In this document: piece after piece, positions 13,055 through 25,777 of the stretch | How positions within the stretch are numbered: the first letter of the stretch is position 1 | Layout: each line of letters begins with the position of its first letter | NCBI RefSeq assembly: GCF_009834535.1 | Contig: NC_045696.1 | Coordinates: 48,300,001-48,364,000 of the forward strand | Direction of reading: 5' to 3' | From: Camelus ferus | Taxonomy: Eukaryota | Length of the DNA stretch: 64,000 nt | Position numbers and translations under genes: made by a program | Notes under the pieces: generated by a model | What the model was told of the DNA's origin: nothing | The model's database searches: none | Seen by the model: the letters and a program-made list of their open reading frames with translations, nothing else

Positions 13055-14680
13055 CATTTATTGGTGTATAATTGTCTATAGTAATATCTTATGATCCTTT
13101 GTATTTCTGTGGTGTCAATTGTAACTTCTCTTTCATTTCTGATTTTTTAATTTGGACCTTATCTTTTTTCTTGATGACTCTGGCTAATGGTTTGACAATT
13201 TTGTTTATCTTTTCAAGAACCAGCATAATTTTCTTAATCTTTCCTATTTTTAAATCTATATTTTATTTATTTTCACTCTGATCTTTATTTCTTTTCTTCT
13301 ACTAACCTTGGGCTTTATTTATTCTTTTCTGGTCTTTAAGTGTAAAGTTAGGTTAGTTACTTGAGTTTTTTTTTTTTTGTTTCCTGAGGTAAGCTTGTGT
13401 CACCATAAACTTCTCTCCTAGGATTGCATTTGCTGTATGTTATAAATTTGGATTGTTGTATTTCCATTTTCATTTATCTGGGTACTTTTAAGTTTCTTCC
13501 TTAATTTCTTTATTGAGTCATTGGTTGTTTAGTAACATATTTTTATCCTCTAGGTGTTTTTGTTTGCATTTTTTTCTTGTAGTTGAATTTTAGTCTCATA
13601 CTTTTGTGGTTAGGAAAGATGCTTGTTAGGATTTTAATCTTCTAAGTCTATTGAGACTTTTTTTTTTGTTCAGCATGTGGTTTATTCTGAACAATATTCC
13701 ATGTGCACTTGAAAAGAATGTGTATTCTGCTGATGTTTGGAGCTAGTGTTATATATATACACACACACACATAAATATACGTTGTATATATTCTATCTGG
13801 TTTAATGTGTTATTTAAATCCAGTGTTTTCTTTTGGGTTTTCTGTCTGTATTATCTCTCCTTTTGTATAAGTAGGAAGTTAAAAGTCCCCTACTGTATTG
13901 TGTTACTTTCCATTTTTCCCTTTATGTTTGTTAATATTTGATTTATGTATTTAGGTGCTGCTATTTAAGATACATATATATTTACAATTGTTGTATCTTT
14001 TTGCTAGAGCAATCCTTTTAACATTATGTGGTTTTTTTTCTCTTGTTACAGTCTGTTTTAAAGTCTGTTTTATCTAATACAAATATTGTTACCCCAGCTT
14101 TCTTTTTGTCTTATTTGCAAGGAGAAACTGTTTCTATCCCCTTACTTTCAATCTGTGTGTAGACTCACTTCTGTAGATCTGAAGTGAGTCTCTTGTAGGC
14201 AGCATATATATTGATCTTGGTTTTTATCCATTCAGCCACTTTATGCCTTTCGACTAGAACATTTAGTCCATTTACATATACAAATTAAAACATAGCTGAT
14301 TTATCAAAATATATTGGTTTCAGGTGTACAATATAAAGATTCATATTTTTGAAGATTATATTACATTTAAAATTATTATAAAATACTGGCTATATTCCCT
14401 GTTCTGTACAGTATATCCTAGTATAGTACATTTTATACATAGCATTTTGTACCTCTTAATCCCCTACCCTTATTTTGCCCTTCGCCCATGCCTTTCCTCA
14501 TGTTCTGTATATATGTGAGTCTGTTTCTGTTTCTAATATTCGTTAATTTGTTTTACTTTTTAGATTCCACATGTAAGTGAAAACATACTAGTATTTGTCT
14601 TTCTCTGACTTATTTCCCTAAGCATAATACCCTCCAGGTCCATCTGTGTTGTTGCAAATGGCAAAATTTTATTATTTTTA

Positions 14681-15223
14681 TCAGATCTGTAGCTCAAGTG
14701 AGGCTAATTGAAGCTGCAAGAAGCCTAGCTTTCAAACAGGGAAGGAAGGGTACCTTCTTTGCCATCTACATGCAAAGGCTTGATTCTACATTATGTAAAT
14801 AGATGTTTCTCACAAACTACCTTACAGAACATTTAAACAGTGTTCTTTCAGTGAAAGGAAGTTATCCTCAGGGACTACTACATGTAGTAAATTGTATAAC
14901 AGACATGTGGAACTAGTGCTTATAAGGCTACTTTGAAGGGGCAAAGAGCCTGGCTTTCAAATCACGAAATAAGTGGATCTTCTTTACCATTGGCATGTGA
15001 AGGCTCGATCCTACGTTATGCTTCTTACGTACTGCAAGAAAGAAACTGGAAACAAGTGTTCCTATAGTGATAAGAAGTTATACTCTGTGAGTCCTGCATT
15101 CAGTGAATTGTAGTACTAGTATATATAAGGCTAGAATGAAGTTGTGGAAAGCATAGCTTTCAAACAGTGAATAAAGTTTATTCCTTTCAGTCTGCATGTA
15201 AAGACATGTTTCTTTTAAAAAAA
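14681..15223 (+). other. ~540 bp non-L1 insert with AATAAA and short A-run (retrocopied 3' UTR, orphan transduction or LTR-like piece)
   Basis: Interrupts contiguous L1 text between 'gcaaatggcaaaattttattattttta' and 'tcattgtttttaatagatgagtaatattccattg'; AATAAA at 15170-15175; A7 at 15217-15223; imperfect flanking duplication. Confidence 0.65.
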
Positions 15224-15712
15224 TCATTGTTTTTAATAGATGAGTAATATTCCATTGCATATATATACCACATCTTCTTTATCCATTTGTTAATTTTCAC
15301 TTTTGTTTCCTTTACCTGAGGAGACAGATCTAAAAAAATATTGCTAAGACTGTGTGAAAGAGTGTATTGCCTATGTTTTCTTATAAGAGTTTTATGGTTT
15401 CTTTTCTACAAGATTAGGTCTTTAATCCATTTTGAGTTATTTTTGTATATGGTGTGAGAACATATTCTAATTTCATTTTTTTACGTATAGTTGGCCAGTT
15501 TTCTCTGCCCCATTTATTGAAGAGATTGTCTGTCCCTATTGTATACTCTTAACTCCCTTGTCATAGAATAATTGACTGCGTATGTGTGGGTTTATCTCTG
15601 TGCTCCCTGTTATGTTCCATTATTCTGTGTCTATTTTTGTGTCAGTATCACACTGTTTTGATGGCTATCCTTTGTAGTATAGTCTGAGGGCAGGGAGTGT
15701 GCTACCTCTAGT

Positions 15713-15740
15713 TTTTGTTTTTGTTTTTGTTTTTGTTTTT
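15713..15740. repeat. (TTTTTG)n repeat
   Basis: Directly visible. Confidence 0.9.
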
Positions 15741-16856
15741 TTCCTTAAGATTGCTTTGGCTATTTGACTTCTTTTATGGTTCTAAATTTTAGGATTCTTT
15801 GTTCTAGTTCTATGAAAAAATGCCATTGGTGTTTTGACAGGGTTTGCATTAAATCTGTAGATTGTTTTGAGTAGTATGGACATTTAAAAAATATAAATTC
15901 TTCCAACCCATGAACACAGAATATCTTTCTGTTTCTTTGTACTGATTATCTTATGTTGATAATCTCTTAAGTTCTATTACATTTTAACAATCCTGCATTT
16001 TTATCCCCCAACATTTAAAATTCTTGACATCATATTTTACATTTTTTGTTTTGTGTATCTTTTAACTACTTATTGTGGATGTAGATGATTTCACTAATTT
16101 TGTCTTTTGATCTTTCTACTCATTGTATAAATGGTTTTTCTACTACTTTTACTATATGTTTGTTTTACCAATGAGATTTTTCGTTTAATAATTTTTATGT
16201 TTCTAGTTGTATTTTTTTTCTCCTTAGAAAAGTTGCTTTAAGAATTTTTGTAAAGGTGGTTTAGAGGTGCTAAACTATTTTAGATTTTCTTGTCTATAAA
16301 ACTCTATTGTTCCTTCAAATCTGAATGATAGCTTTGCTAGTTGAGTATACTTGGTTTAGGTTTTTGTCTTTTATTACTTTATATCCTGCCACTCCCTTCT
16401 GACCTGCAAAGCTTCTACTGAAAAGTCAGTTCACTGTCTTATGGAAGTTTTCTAGTATATACTCATTACTTTTCTCTTGTTGCCTTTAAGATTCTCTTTA
16501 TCTTTAATTCTTGTCGTTTTAATTATAACGTGCCTTGCTGTTGACCTGTTTGGGTTCACCTTGTTTGGAACTCTATGTAGTTCTGGGACCTTGTCCTTCC
16601 TTTCCCAGGTTAGGGAAGTTTACAGCTATTATTTCTTCAAATAAGTTCTCTGCCTTTTTCTCTCTCTCTGAGACCCCTATAATGAAAATGTTAGTACACG
16701 TGATGTTGTTTCAGAGGTCTCTTAAATTGTCCTCACTAATATTTCTTTTTCTTTTCTCTGTTCAACTTGGGTTATTCCCACTACTCTGTCTTCCAATTCG
16801 CTGATCTGTTCCTACTTATCATCTAATCTACTGTTGGTTCCTTCTAATGTAATTTT

Positions 16857-19727
16857 TAAAACTTTTTTTATTGAGTTACAGTCATTTTACAATATTGTGT
16901 CAAATTCCAGCGTAGAGCACAATTTTTCAGTTATACATGAACGTACATATACTCGTTGTCACATTTTTTTCGCTGTGAGCTACCACAAGATCTTGTATAT
17001 ATTTCCCTGTGCTGTACAGTATAATCTTGTTTATTTATTCTGCATTTTGAAATACCAGTCTGTCCCTTCCCACCCTCTGCCCCCTTGGCAACCACAAGTT
17101 TGTATTCTATGTCTATGAGTCTGTTTCTCTTTTGTATTTGTTGTTTTTTTTAGATTCCGCATATGAGCAATCTCATATGGTATTTTTCTTTCTCTTTCTG
17201 GCTTACTTCACTTAGAATGACATTCTCCAGGGACATCCATGTTGCTGCAAATGGCGTTATGTTGTTGGTTTTTATGGCTGAATAGTAGTCCATTGTATAA
17301 ATATACCACTTATTTTTTATCCAGTCATCTGTTGATGGACATTTAGGCTGTTTCCATGTCTTGGCTATTGTAAGTAGTGCTGCTATGAACATTGGGGTGC
17401 AGGTGTCATTTTGAAGTAGGGTTCCTTCTGGATATATGCCCAGGAGTGGGATTCCTGGGTCATCTGGTAAGTCTGTTCCTAGTCTTTTGAGGAATCTCCA
17501 TACTGTTTTCCACAGTGGCTGTACCAAACTGCATTCCCACCAGCAGTGTAGGAGGGTTCCCTTTTCTCCACAGCCTCTCCAGTGTTTGTTATTTGTGGAT
17601 TTTTGAATGATGGCCATTCTGACTGGTGTGAGGTGATACCTCATTGTAGTTTTGATTTGCATTTCTCTGATAATTAGTGATAATGAGCATTTTTTTCATG
17701 TGCCTATTGATCTTTTGTATTTCTTCCTTGGAGAATTGCTTGTTTAGGTCATCTGCCCATTTTTGGATTGGGTTGTTTGTTTTTTTCTTATTAAGTCACA
17801 TGAGCTGCTTATATATTCTGGAGATCAAGCCTTTTTCGGTTTCATTTGCAAAAATTGTCTCCCATTCCATAGGTTGTCTTTTTGTTTTACTTATGGTTTC
17901 CTTTGCTGTGCAGAAGCTTGTAAGTTTCATTAGGTCCCATTTGTTTATTCTTGCTTTTATTTCTATTGCTTCGGTAGACTGCCCTAGGAGAACATTTTTG
18001 AGATGTATGTCAGATAATGTTTTGCCTGTATTTTCTTCTAGGAGGTTTATTGTACCTTGTTTTATGTTTAAGTCTTTGATCCATTTTGAGCTTATTTTTG
18101 TGTATGGTGTAAGGGAGTATACTAGCTTCATTGTTTTACATGCTGCTGTCCAGTCTTCCCAACACCATTTACTGAAGAGACTGTCTTTATTCCATTGTAT
18201 ATTCTTGCCTCCTTTGTCGAAGATTAGTTGACCACAAGTGTGTGGGCTCATTTCTGGGCTCTCTATTCTGTTGTATTGGTTTATATGTCTGCTTATATAC
18301 CATGCTGTCTTAATGACTGTGGCTCTATAGTATTGTCTGAAGTCTGGGAGAGTTATTCCTCCAGCCTCTTTAAAAGTAAATTTTATTATGATTTGTTCTA
18401 GTTCTGTGAAATATGTCCTGGGTAAGTTGATAGGGATTGCATTAAATCTGTAGATTGCCTTGGGCAGTGTGACCATTTTAACAATATTGATTCTTCTAGT
18501 CCGAGAGCATGGGATATCTTTCCATTTTTTTAAGTCTTCATTAATTTCCTTAATCAGTGTTTTATAGTTTTTCGTATATGTCTTTCACCTCCTTTCACCT
18601 CCTTAGTTAGATTTATTCCTAGGTATTTTATTACTTTGGGTGCTATTTTAAAGGGGATTGTTTCCTTACTTTCTTTTTCTGTTGATTCATCGTTAGTGTA
18701 AAGAAATGCAACTGATTTTTGAACATTTATCTTGTAACCTGCTACCTTGCTGAATTCTTCAATTATTTCTAATAGTTTTTGTGTGGACCTTTTAGGATTT
18801 TCTATATATAGTAACATGTTGTCAGCATACAGTGACACTTTTACCTATTGTTTTCCAATTTGGATCCCTTTTAATTCTCTCTCTTGCCTAATTGCTGTGG
18901 CTAGGACTTCCAAGACTATGTTGATTAGGAGTGATGATAGTGGGCATCCTTGTCTTGTCCCATATTTTAGTGGGAAGCTTTTGAGTTTTTCACCGTTGAG
19001 TACTATGCTGGCTATATGTTTGTCATATATAGCTTTTATTATGTTGAGATATGTTCCCTCTATACCCACTTTGGTGAGAGTTTTTATCATAAATAGGTGT
19101 TGAATTTTATCAAATGCTTTTTCTGCATCTATTGAGATGATCATGTGGTTTTTGTCCTTTCTCTTGTTGATGTGATGTATTACACTGATTGATTTGCGTA
19201 TGTTGAACCAGCCTTGTGTCCCTGGGATGAACCCCACTTGGTCATGATGTATAATCTTTTTTATGTGTTGTTGGATTCTATTTGCTAATATTTTGGTGAG
19301 GATTTTTGCATTTATGTTCATCAGTGATATTGGTCTGTAATTCTCTATTTTGGTGGTGTCTTTGCCTGGTTTTGGTATCAGGGTGATGGTGGCTTCAAAA
19401 ATGAGTTTGGGGGTATTCCCTCCTTTTCAATCTTCTGGAATAGTTTGAGAAGGAATGGTGTGAGTTCTTCTTTGTATGTTTGGTAGAATTCCCTGGTGAA
19501 GCCATCTGGTCCTGGACTTTAATTTGTAGGGAGGTTTTTTATTGCTATTTCGATTTCATTTCTAGTGATATGTTTGTTCAAGTGGTCAGTTTCTCCTTGG
19601 TTCAGTCTTGTTGGACTGTATGTTTCCAGAAACTTGTCCATCTCCTCTAGGTTATCCATTTTGGTTCCATATAGTTTTTCATAATATTCTCATATGATAT
19701 TCTGTATTTCTGTGTTATTTGTTGTAA
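16857..19727 (-). mobile_element. Young lineage-specific 5'-truncated L1 (~2.9 kb) nested in host L1 ORF1
   Basis: Long, well-preserved ORF2 reading frames; flanked by a 15-bp TSD ttctaatgtaatttt (16842-16856) / ttctagtgtaatttt (19728-19742). Confidence 0.97.
17150..19727 (-). pseudogene. Disrupted L1 ORF2p (reverse transcriptase and C-terminal Cys-rich region)
   Basis: ORFs 18845-19321 ([53 protein letters not shown]), 18554-18838 (YADN in place of YADD; YLGINLT), 17796-18476 and 17150-17662 ([14 protein letters not shown]). Separated by stops and frameshifts, including a 10-bp duplication near 18584-18604. Confidence 0.97.
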
Positions 19728-21869
19728 TTCTAGTGTAATTTTAATTTAAGCTATTGTATTATTCATGTTTGGCTATGATTATTAATTACTTTGAATTCTG
19801 AATGGCTGTATTGCTCATCTCCACTTGAGTTCTTTTTTGAGGTTGTCTTGTTCCTTCATTTGGAACATATTCCTTTGTCTCCCTATTTTGCACAAACCCC
19901 TTTGTTTTACCTTTATGTATCAGGGCAGTCAATTATGTTTTCTGATCTTTCAGGAGTGGCCTTATATAGGAGATGTCCTGTGGGTCCCAGCAGTGTACTG
20001 TTCTCTGATCACCACAACTAAATGCTCAGGGGTGCCCTCTGTGTAGGCTGCATGGGATCTTTTGTTGCGATAGGACTGACTACTGGGAGTGTGATACTAA
20101 GTGGAGCTGACCCTCAGCCTGGTTGGCTGCCAGGTCCTGCCTCCTGCAGGGACTGTTATTCCCTTGCAGTAGGGGACTGGGACTCTGCACTGCTGGCTGC
20201 GTGACCTGTGGATTCCTGGGTGTGGTGCTGGCCTGCTGGTTGATGGGTAAGCCCTCAGCACTAGTAGGCTATGGGAGGGCTTCAAATTATCTCTTGCCAG
20301 CACCAGTTTCCTTGTGATAGAATAATGTCCTTAAAATGGCTCTGCCAGTGTCTTTGTCTCCAGACAGAGTCTCAGTTGCCTCCTGCCTTTTTGGAAGGCT
20401 AAGATTAGCAAATGGATCTGACGCAGACTCTTTATAAATTACTGCCTCTGTGTCTGGTCTCAGAGTATGTGAGATTTTGTGTATGCCCTTTAAGAGCAGA
20501 GTCTCTGCTTTCTACAGCCCTCCTGTCTCTGCTTTATGCAAGTCCTGCACATTGGCCTTCAAACCAGATATTCTGGAGGCTTGTCTCCCTGCTGTAGGAC
20601 TCCTGGGCTGGTGAGCCTGATGTGGGGCTTGGACCATTGTCTCTTTGCAGGGACCTCTGCAGTTGTGATTATTCTCCCATTTGTGGATTGCCTACCCTGG
20701 GTTGTCTTTGCCCCTTCTCCCATCTTGTTATTTTTTAAAAAATATCTATAGTTGTAGAAAATCTTTCTGCCAGTCTTCAAGTGCTTCTTGGAGATAGTTG
20801 TTCTTTAAATAGTTATAATTTGGTGTGCCTGTGGGAGAACACAATCTCAGGGTCTTCCTACCCCAAAATCTTGGTCACAGCTCCCCAGTTACTTTCTCTG
20901 GTTCATCAAGCTAAGCTTGACCCAGGAGGCACTTCCACTGAGATGACAAGAGAAAGAGGGAATCATGCATTCTGCACCTTCTAAGTGTATACATTTCCTG
21001 AATAGTAATTTACACCAAGTATTCCTAGTGGTCAGTGTGTCAGTGCCCCATTGAAAAAACTTGGTTACATTTATACTGTCAATTTAGACTGGAATAGTCA
21101 CTTTTGTAGGAGCCTAATTGTGTTAGTTTACTTACGAACTGCCCTCTTGATGAAAATGGCTATATAAATATTACTACTTGAAATAATATTATAAAATATA
21201 ATAGTGTTCCAGTGTTAAGTACAAAATACTCATTTTTATGTGCTGAGATAAAGAAATCTATAAGCATTAAGTGAAAGAAAAGTAAACATAGGAAAACTTC
21301 ATGAATGACTGAAAACTGAAATTTAATGGGCTTATAATCTTTTTGCTCTTGCTCATCAATATATTTTTTAAATAAAATGTTGCCAATTAGTGGCATGTCT
21401 TTTTAAATATAGCAGATTGATCTCTTTGGCAAAACTTCAAGTTTTCCAAGAACAAAGGGAATTAATTATTGCACATGAAAGGCAGAGAATAGACCAAAAA
21501 CACAAAAACATAATTCCAAATACTCTTGAGGGGAAACCATTGTCACAAGTCAGATAACTGCTGAGGATATTAAAAAATTGAATACACAATTAATATGGTG
21601 AAAAAAGCAATCCTTTATCAGGTGACAATATTAGAAATCAAAAAATAATCAATATATGATGTAAAATTTAAAAGGATAATTGCTATCATATTTTGCTTAA
21701 ATTCTAATGAAGCTATCAACTTACTGATAATGAATTAGCTCATGATATCTGTGTTTACAGGAGTAAGAATTGCTTGAACACTTTTTCCTCTGTTTATCAC
21801 TGAAAGTCTATAACCCAAGAGTTTTTCTCTTTTCTTTCTTCTATCCATTCCTTTCCAATTGTTTCTTTA

Positions 21870-22093
21870 ACTTTTATTTAAAAACATTTTTTTATTATAG
21901 TCAGTTACAATGTGTCAATTTCTGGTGTACAACATAATGTCCCAGTCATGCATATATGTACATATATTCATTTTCATACTCTTTTTCATTAAGGGTTATT
22001 ACAAGATATTGAATATAGTTCCCTGTGCTATACAGAAGAAATCTGTTTTTTATCTGTCTTTTTATATAGTGGTTAACATTTGCAAATTTCAAA
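21870..22093 (-). mobile_element. Short young L1 3'-end fragment
   Basis: 'agtcagttacaatgtgtcaatttctggtgtacaacataatgtcccagtcatgcat...acaagatattgaatatagttccctgtgctatacag' resembles the 3' ends at 12330 and 16870. Confidence 0.88.
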
Positions 22094-22814
22094 GAATTTT
22101 TCTTTTAACTGATTCATTGAATGATTATTTTGTGAGGCAATGGGCAGACTAGAACAGGTGCAATGGCATCAGACTAGCAGCGAATGAGCTACATATGCAG
22201 CAAGGATGAAGAGTGATGGGCACATTTTTGCAAGATTAGAACTAAATGATAATTTACATATTCCTTTATTTATGGAGAAAGTTTGTAGTCAGTCAAGAGA
22301 TCTTGATTCAGAATTGAAGGACACAGTCAAATGCGTGAATACTTTTCCATCCTGGGTATTTGGTGTGCGCATTTTCAAGTGTGCTCTTTGATTCAACTCT
22401 GCATGAGCAGGTGACCAAGACTCAGTGACTCAAACTCACTGATTACAAGGCAATAGCATTCGATTAATATGTGAGCATGTGATTGAATATTTCCTTGAAA
22501 CTATTGGGTAATAAAAGCCCCCTCCCCCCAAACACACCTCTGTCTCTCCTCTCTGATGAGTGTTTTGAGAGGATAGAATTTCAGCCCCTTCCAAATAAAG
22601 AGGAGAGTTTGCTTGAGGATGGAGCCAAAAAAGAATGAAACAGGTCTGAGATAAGGAGAAGGCTTGATCAAGTCTCAAAGATACTGTTTGAGCTTAGGTT
22701 TTCATTTGTGATGTAAATCACATTTGCCACTCATTTTTAGTTTCCTTTTTCCTTTTACTATTTTGAATGTGGTATTTTGTCACTTGAAAAGGAAAGAATT
22801 GTTAAGTACTAACT

Positions 22815-23080
22815 ATATTGTGGCCCAGATTCTGGAGTCAGGCTAAATAAGTTTCAATCCTGGCCCCATCGTTTGTTTATTGTGTGGCCTAGAACGACTT
22901 TCTTAACTTCTCTGTGCCTCAGTTTCATCATGTGTAAGATGAGGATAATAGCAGTACTGACCTCCAAGGGTTGTTGTGATGGATGAAAGATAATGTATGT
23001 AAATTTTAATCTGTAAGAGAGATCATCAGAGAAATCAGTATATCTGGCATATCATAAGGGCTCCATGTTAATTTTTATTA
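22815..23080 (+). mobile_element. MIR SINE
   Basis: 'ctggagtcag..aatcctggcccc..cttaacttctctgtgcctcagtttcatcatgtgtaagatgaggataatagcagtac' MIR core. Confidence 0.9.
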
Positions 23081-24034
23081 TTTTTGTCTTTATTACCATT
23101 TATATATGAAAATTGTCAGCCATTAAAAACTTCTTCCAAATCTGCAGAATACACAAGCACAAAAATACTTCTTAGAGCTGAGTAAAACAAAAAAATAGAG
23201 TGGAAATCTATTCACTAATTCTATTCTAATCCCAAATTGAAACTTTAAAAAATATTTCAGGTTGTGAATAGTTACATAATTTGCTTATGCTTCCCCTCCA
23301 CCAGATACACCCATTCTTCACCCTATGTCCATTTAGGGAGGCTATATTGACTTAGCAAGTGGTTCAAAGTAGAGCAGACTGCTCAAAGGAATAAATTATT
23401 CTGAGGGTTTATAGGAGCTATCTCTAATTTGTTTTTTCTCTCAAGCATGCAAAAAAGGGCTGTGTATAGTCTTCCATGAGAAATCTCTTCATAATTTCTA
23501 CATCTGCATTTAATTGAAGTGTCTAGATATTTGGAGCTGTCAAATAAATGCTTCCATTTTAATAAATAAAAGTGAAATAGAATTGTTTTTGACTTAGTAG
23601 AGAGAATGACTAGGAGATGAAGCAGATGAGATGTGGAATCTGACTAATGATTAAAGCCATGTATCATACAGTCAAATAGGAAGAGTTTTTTGAAAGATTC
23701 TGATTAACATTTATCTTATTGGCAGCACTAAAAATCATCACTTGAAAAAATTAAAATATTGTTTTATTTATTAAAAGTGTGATTTTCTAAAGGTAACAAA
23801 TTTCTATAGGTGCCAAAAGATAGATTGAACACTGATTTAAAAGGAGGGATGCTATAGGTCTCATTTTCTAACTGAACCATTTAGAGTTCAGGGAAATTTT
23901 GGAGATCTCACTTGTAACCATAAGCATGCGAGTTCTAGGGACTTTCAGGAAATTGTGTATCCATCTACTTGTTCTATATTAAAATTATAAAGAAATTATA
24001 AAAATTAATTTTATTCTTTGAAATAACATCATAA

Positions 24035-24175
24035 TGTAGATATTTTATCACTGTTTTACAGATGAGAGAACACAGAGAAGGCACAGATAAGTATAATAAT
24101 TTGATTAAAATCACAGAGCAGGCAAGTGAGAGAGTCAGAATTTCAACACAGGGGATCTGCTCTGGATCCTTAACT
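24035..24175 (-). mobile_element. MIR fragment
   Basis: 'gttttacagatgag..aggcacaga..aatcacagagc..gagagagtcagaatttcaacacagg'. Confidence 0.75.
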
Positions 24176-25249
24176 AATACAATCATCTTTCTCTCATGAT
24201 TAGTAATCACTTGATGAAGGAACTAACCATGAGTCTAAATTACCTCTTGTTTGTAACCCTCAAGTCTTATTTCCCCATTTCCATCTTGTCACATCTCAGA
24301 GAAACTTTACTTTAGGTGGATAAAATATGTCCATGAAACTTTTATATAATTTTTATACTATTTTTTGATATAATTTTTATTTTTTTAAATAAATTATCTC
24401 CTCTAAGCATTCCTACTCATACTTTCTCTTTCAAGCATATACTCAGACTTAGCCAACCCAGCCATGGGCTTTTTTTAAAAAAAATAATTTTGCATAGCCA
24501 TCTACAAAGTGAATTGTTCAGCAATGTGTGTGTACTTTATATTATTTTAAAGCATTTTAAAAATTAGAGTTTTAATGTCTCAAGAAAAGAGATACAACTT
24601 TTGTTTACAAATTAGGTGGGAAATAATGTTTACTAGTTTGTTCATATGCATTTGTTCAGAGCCCTTATCAAATTTTAAACTTTCATATGGTTAAGTCTTT
24701 TATGTTTAATTCCTCTCAGTGCTAAGTATATCTGTTCTCCACCCAGTGGCTACTTAAGAAGAAATTGTTACTGACTTCAGAAATAGTTGAAAGTGGGAGG
24801 AGTACCCTAAAGGAGTAGATTTACTGAGGTGTATATAGGAACTCTCTCTTTAACTTGTTTGTTGACGTGGGGGACTGTGGGATCCCAAGGTAACTTGTTG
24901 GCCTCTTTGGGTTTGGGTTTCTTTGTCGTAAAACTCCTGCAGGTAAAATATCTATATCCTAGGATAATTTATGTCACAGATTATCAAAGTGGGAGGTAGA
25001 TAGAACTAACACTAATAGTATATGCCAAGTATCTCAGTATAAAAAGATAAAACAGGTATATTTTTGAATTAAAAATATAGAGGTAAAAAGAATGAAGGAA
25101 GTATCATGAAAAGGATCATGGTCATGATGTGTAGGCAATAAAATCAGGTTACAAAACAGTAAGATCAAGATGAACTTACTGTTGGAAAAAATGTTTATAT
25201 AGAAATAAATTAGTAAGTGGATGAAGTGGAGATAACTACTTCTATATAC

Positions 25250-25330
25250 AAAAAAAAAAAAAGAAAGAGAGAAAAGCTCTATACTAACACTAAAAAAAAA
25301 AAAAAAAAAAGAAAAAGAAAAAGAAAAACA
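25250..25330 (+). repeat. Two adjacent poly(A) tracts with (GAAAAA)n decay
   Basis: Directly visible A-runs at ~25250-25262 and ~25292-25310. Confidence 0.9.
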
Positions 25331-25777
25331 AGTAGAAAGTTTCCTAGAGATTATTTAGAAGCCATAACTGCTAGTTAGTAATGGAGCTGGGACATGAAAT
25401 TTACCTAGGAAATGCCATTCAAAACAACATGCAGAATTTGTAAAAATGAGGTTTGAAGAAAAGTTTCATTTTTGTGTCCCCTTTGCCTTTGTTACTTACG
25501 GGAAATCATTAGTGACATTAATAGCTATCACCATTTTAGTAACATTGGAAAGGTATTATTTTAGTCAATACTGACTTTTTTTGTGCTAAAATAGGGATTG
25601 TAGTTAAGAAATCGTGTGCAATATCCTGAAATAACTATATGGCTAAAATAAAACTGTAGTTTGGAATATTTAAATCAGGAAAAAAAGAAAGGACTAAGGA
25701 CACCAGGGAAAATCTTTGAGCCATTCTTTTCAAAAGTTAACTTCAGTGTACTTTGGTTTTATATTTAAAAAAAAATC

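Larger units (their letters stand above)
14285..15940 (-). mobile_element. Second nested L1 3' fragment, internally deleted near 15290 and interrupted by a non-L1 insert
   Basis: A new L1 3' end starts at 'ggtttcaggtgtacaa..gattc', continues via 'ttagattccacatgtaagtga' and resumes after 15235 with ORF2 3' antisense text up to 'tcttccaacccatgaacacagaatatctttc'. Confidence 0.85.
9699..20890 (-). mobile_element. Old near-full-length L1 hosting nested insertions (own segments ~9699-12314, 13055-14280, 15945-16856, 19728-20890)
   Basis: Parts occur in L1 order on the minus strand: 3' UTR (~9700-10250), ORF2 C-terminus (ORF 10387-10611 [19 protein letters not shown]), '[22 protein letters not shown]' (10732-10941), RT '[27 protein letters not shown]' (11662-11868), endonuclease region (~13500-14250), spacer/ORF1 (~15950-16850), GC-richer 5' part (~19900-20890). 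Confidence 0.85.

Noticed and set aside
14688..14702. 'tgtagctcaagtg' resembling a tRNA/SINE A-box head
   Set aside because: No B-box or cloverleaf follows.
17677..19103. Long + strand ORFs (184 aa and 118 aa), hydrophobic
   Set aside because: They are the antisense shadow of L1 ORF2, not genes.
19791..20984. Cluster of ORFs in GC-richer sequence
   Set aside because: Lies in the 5' region of the host L1; higher GC lowers stop-codon frequency.
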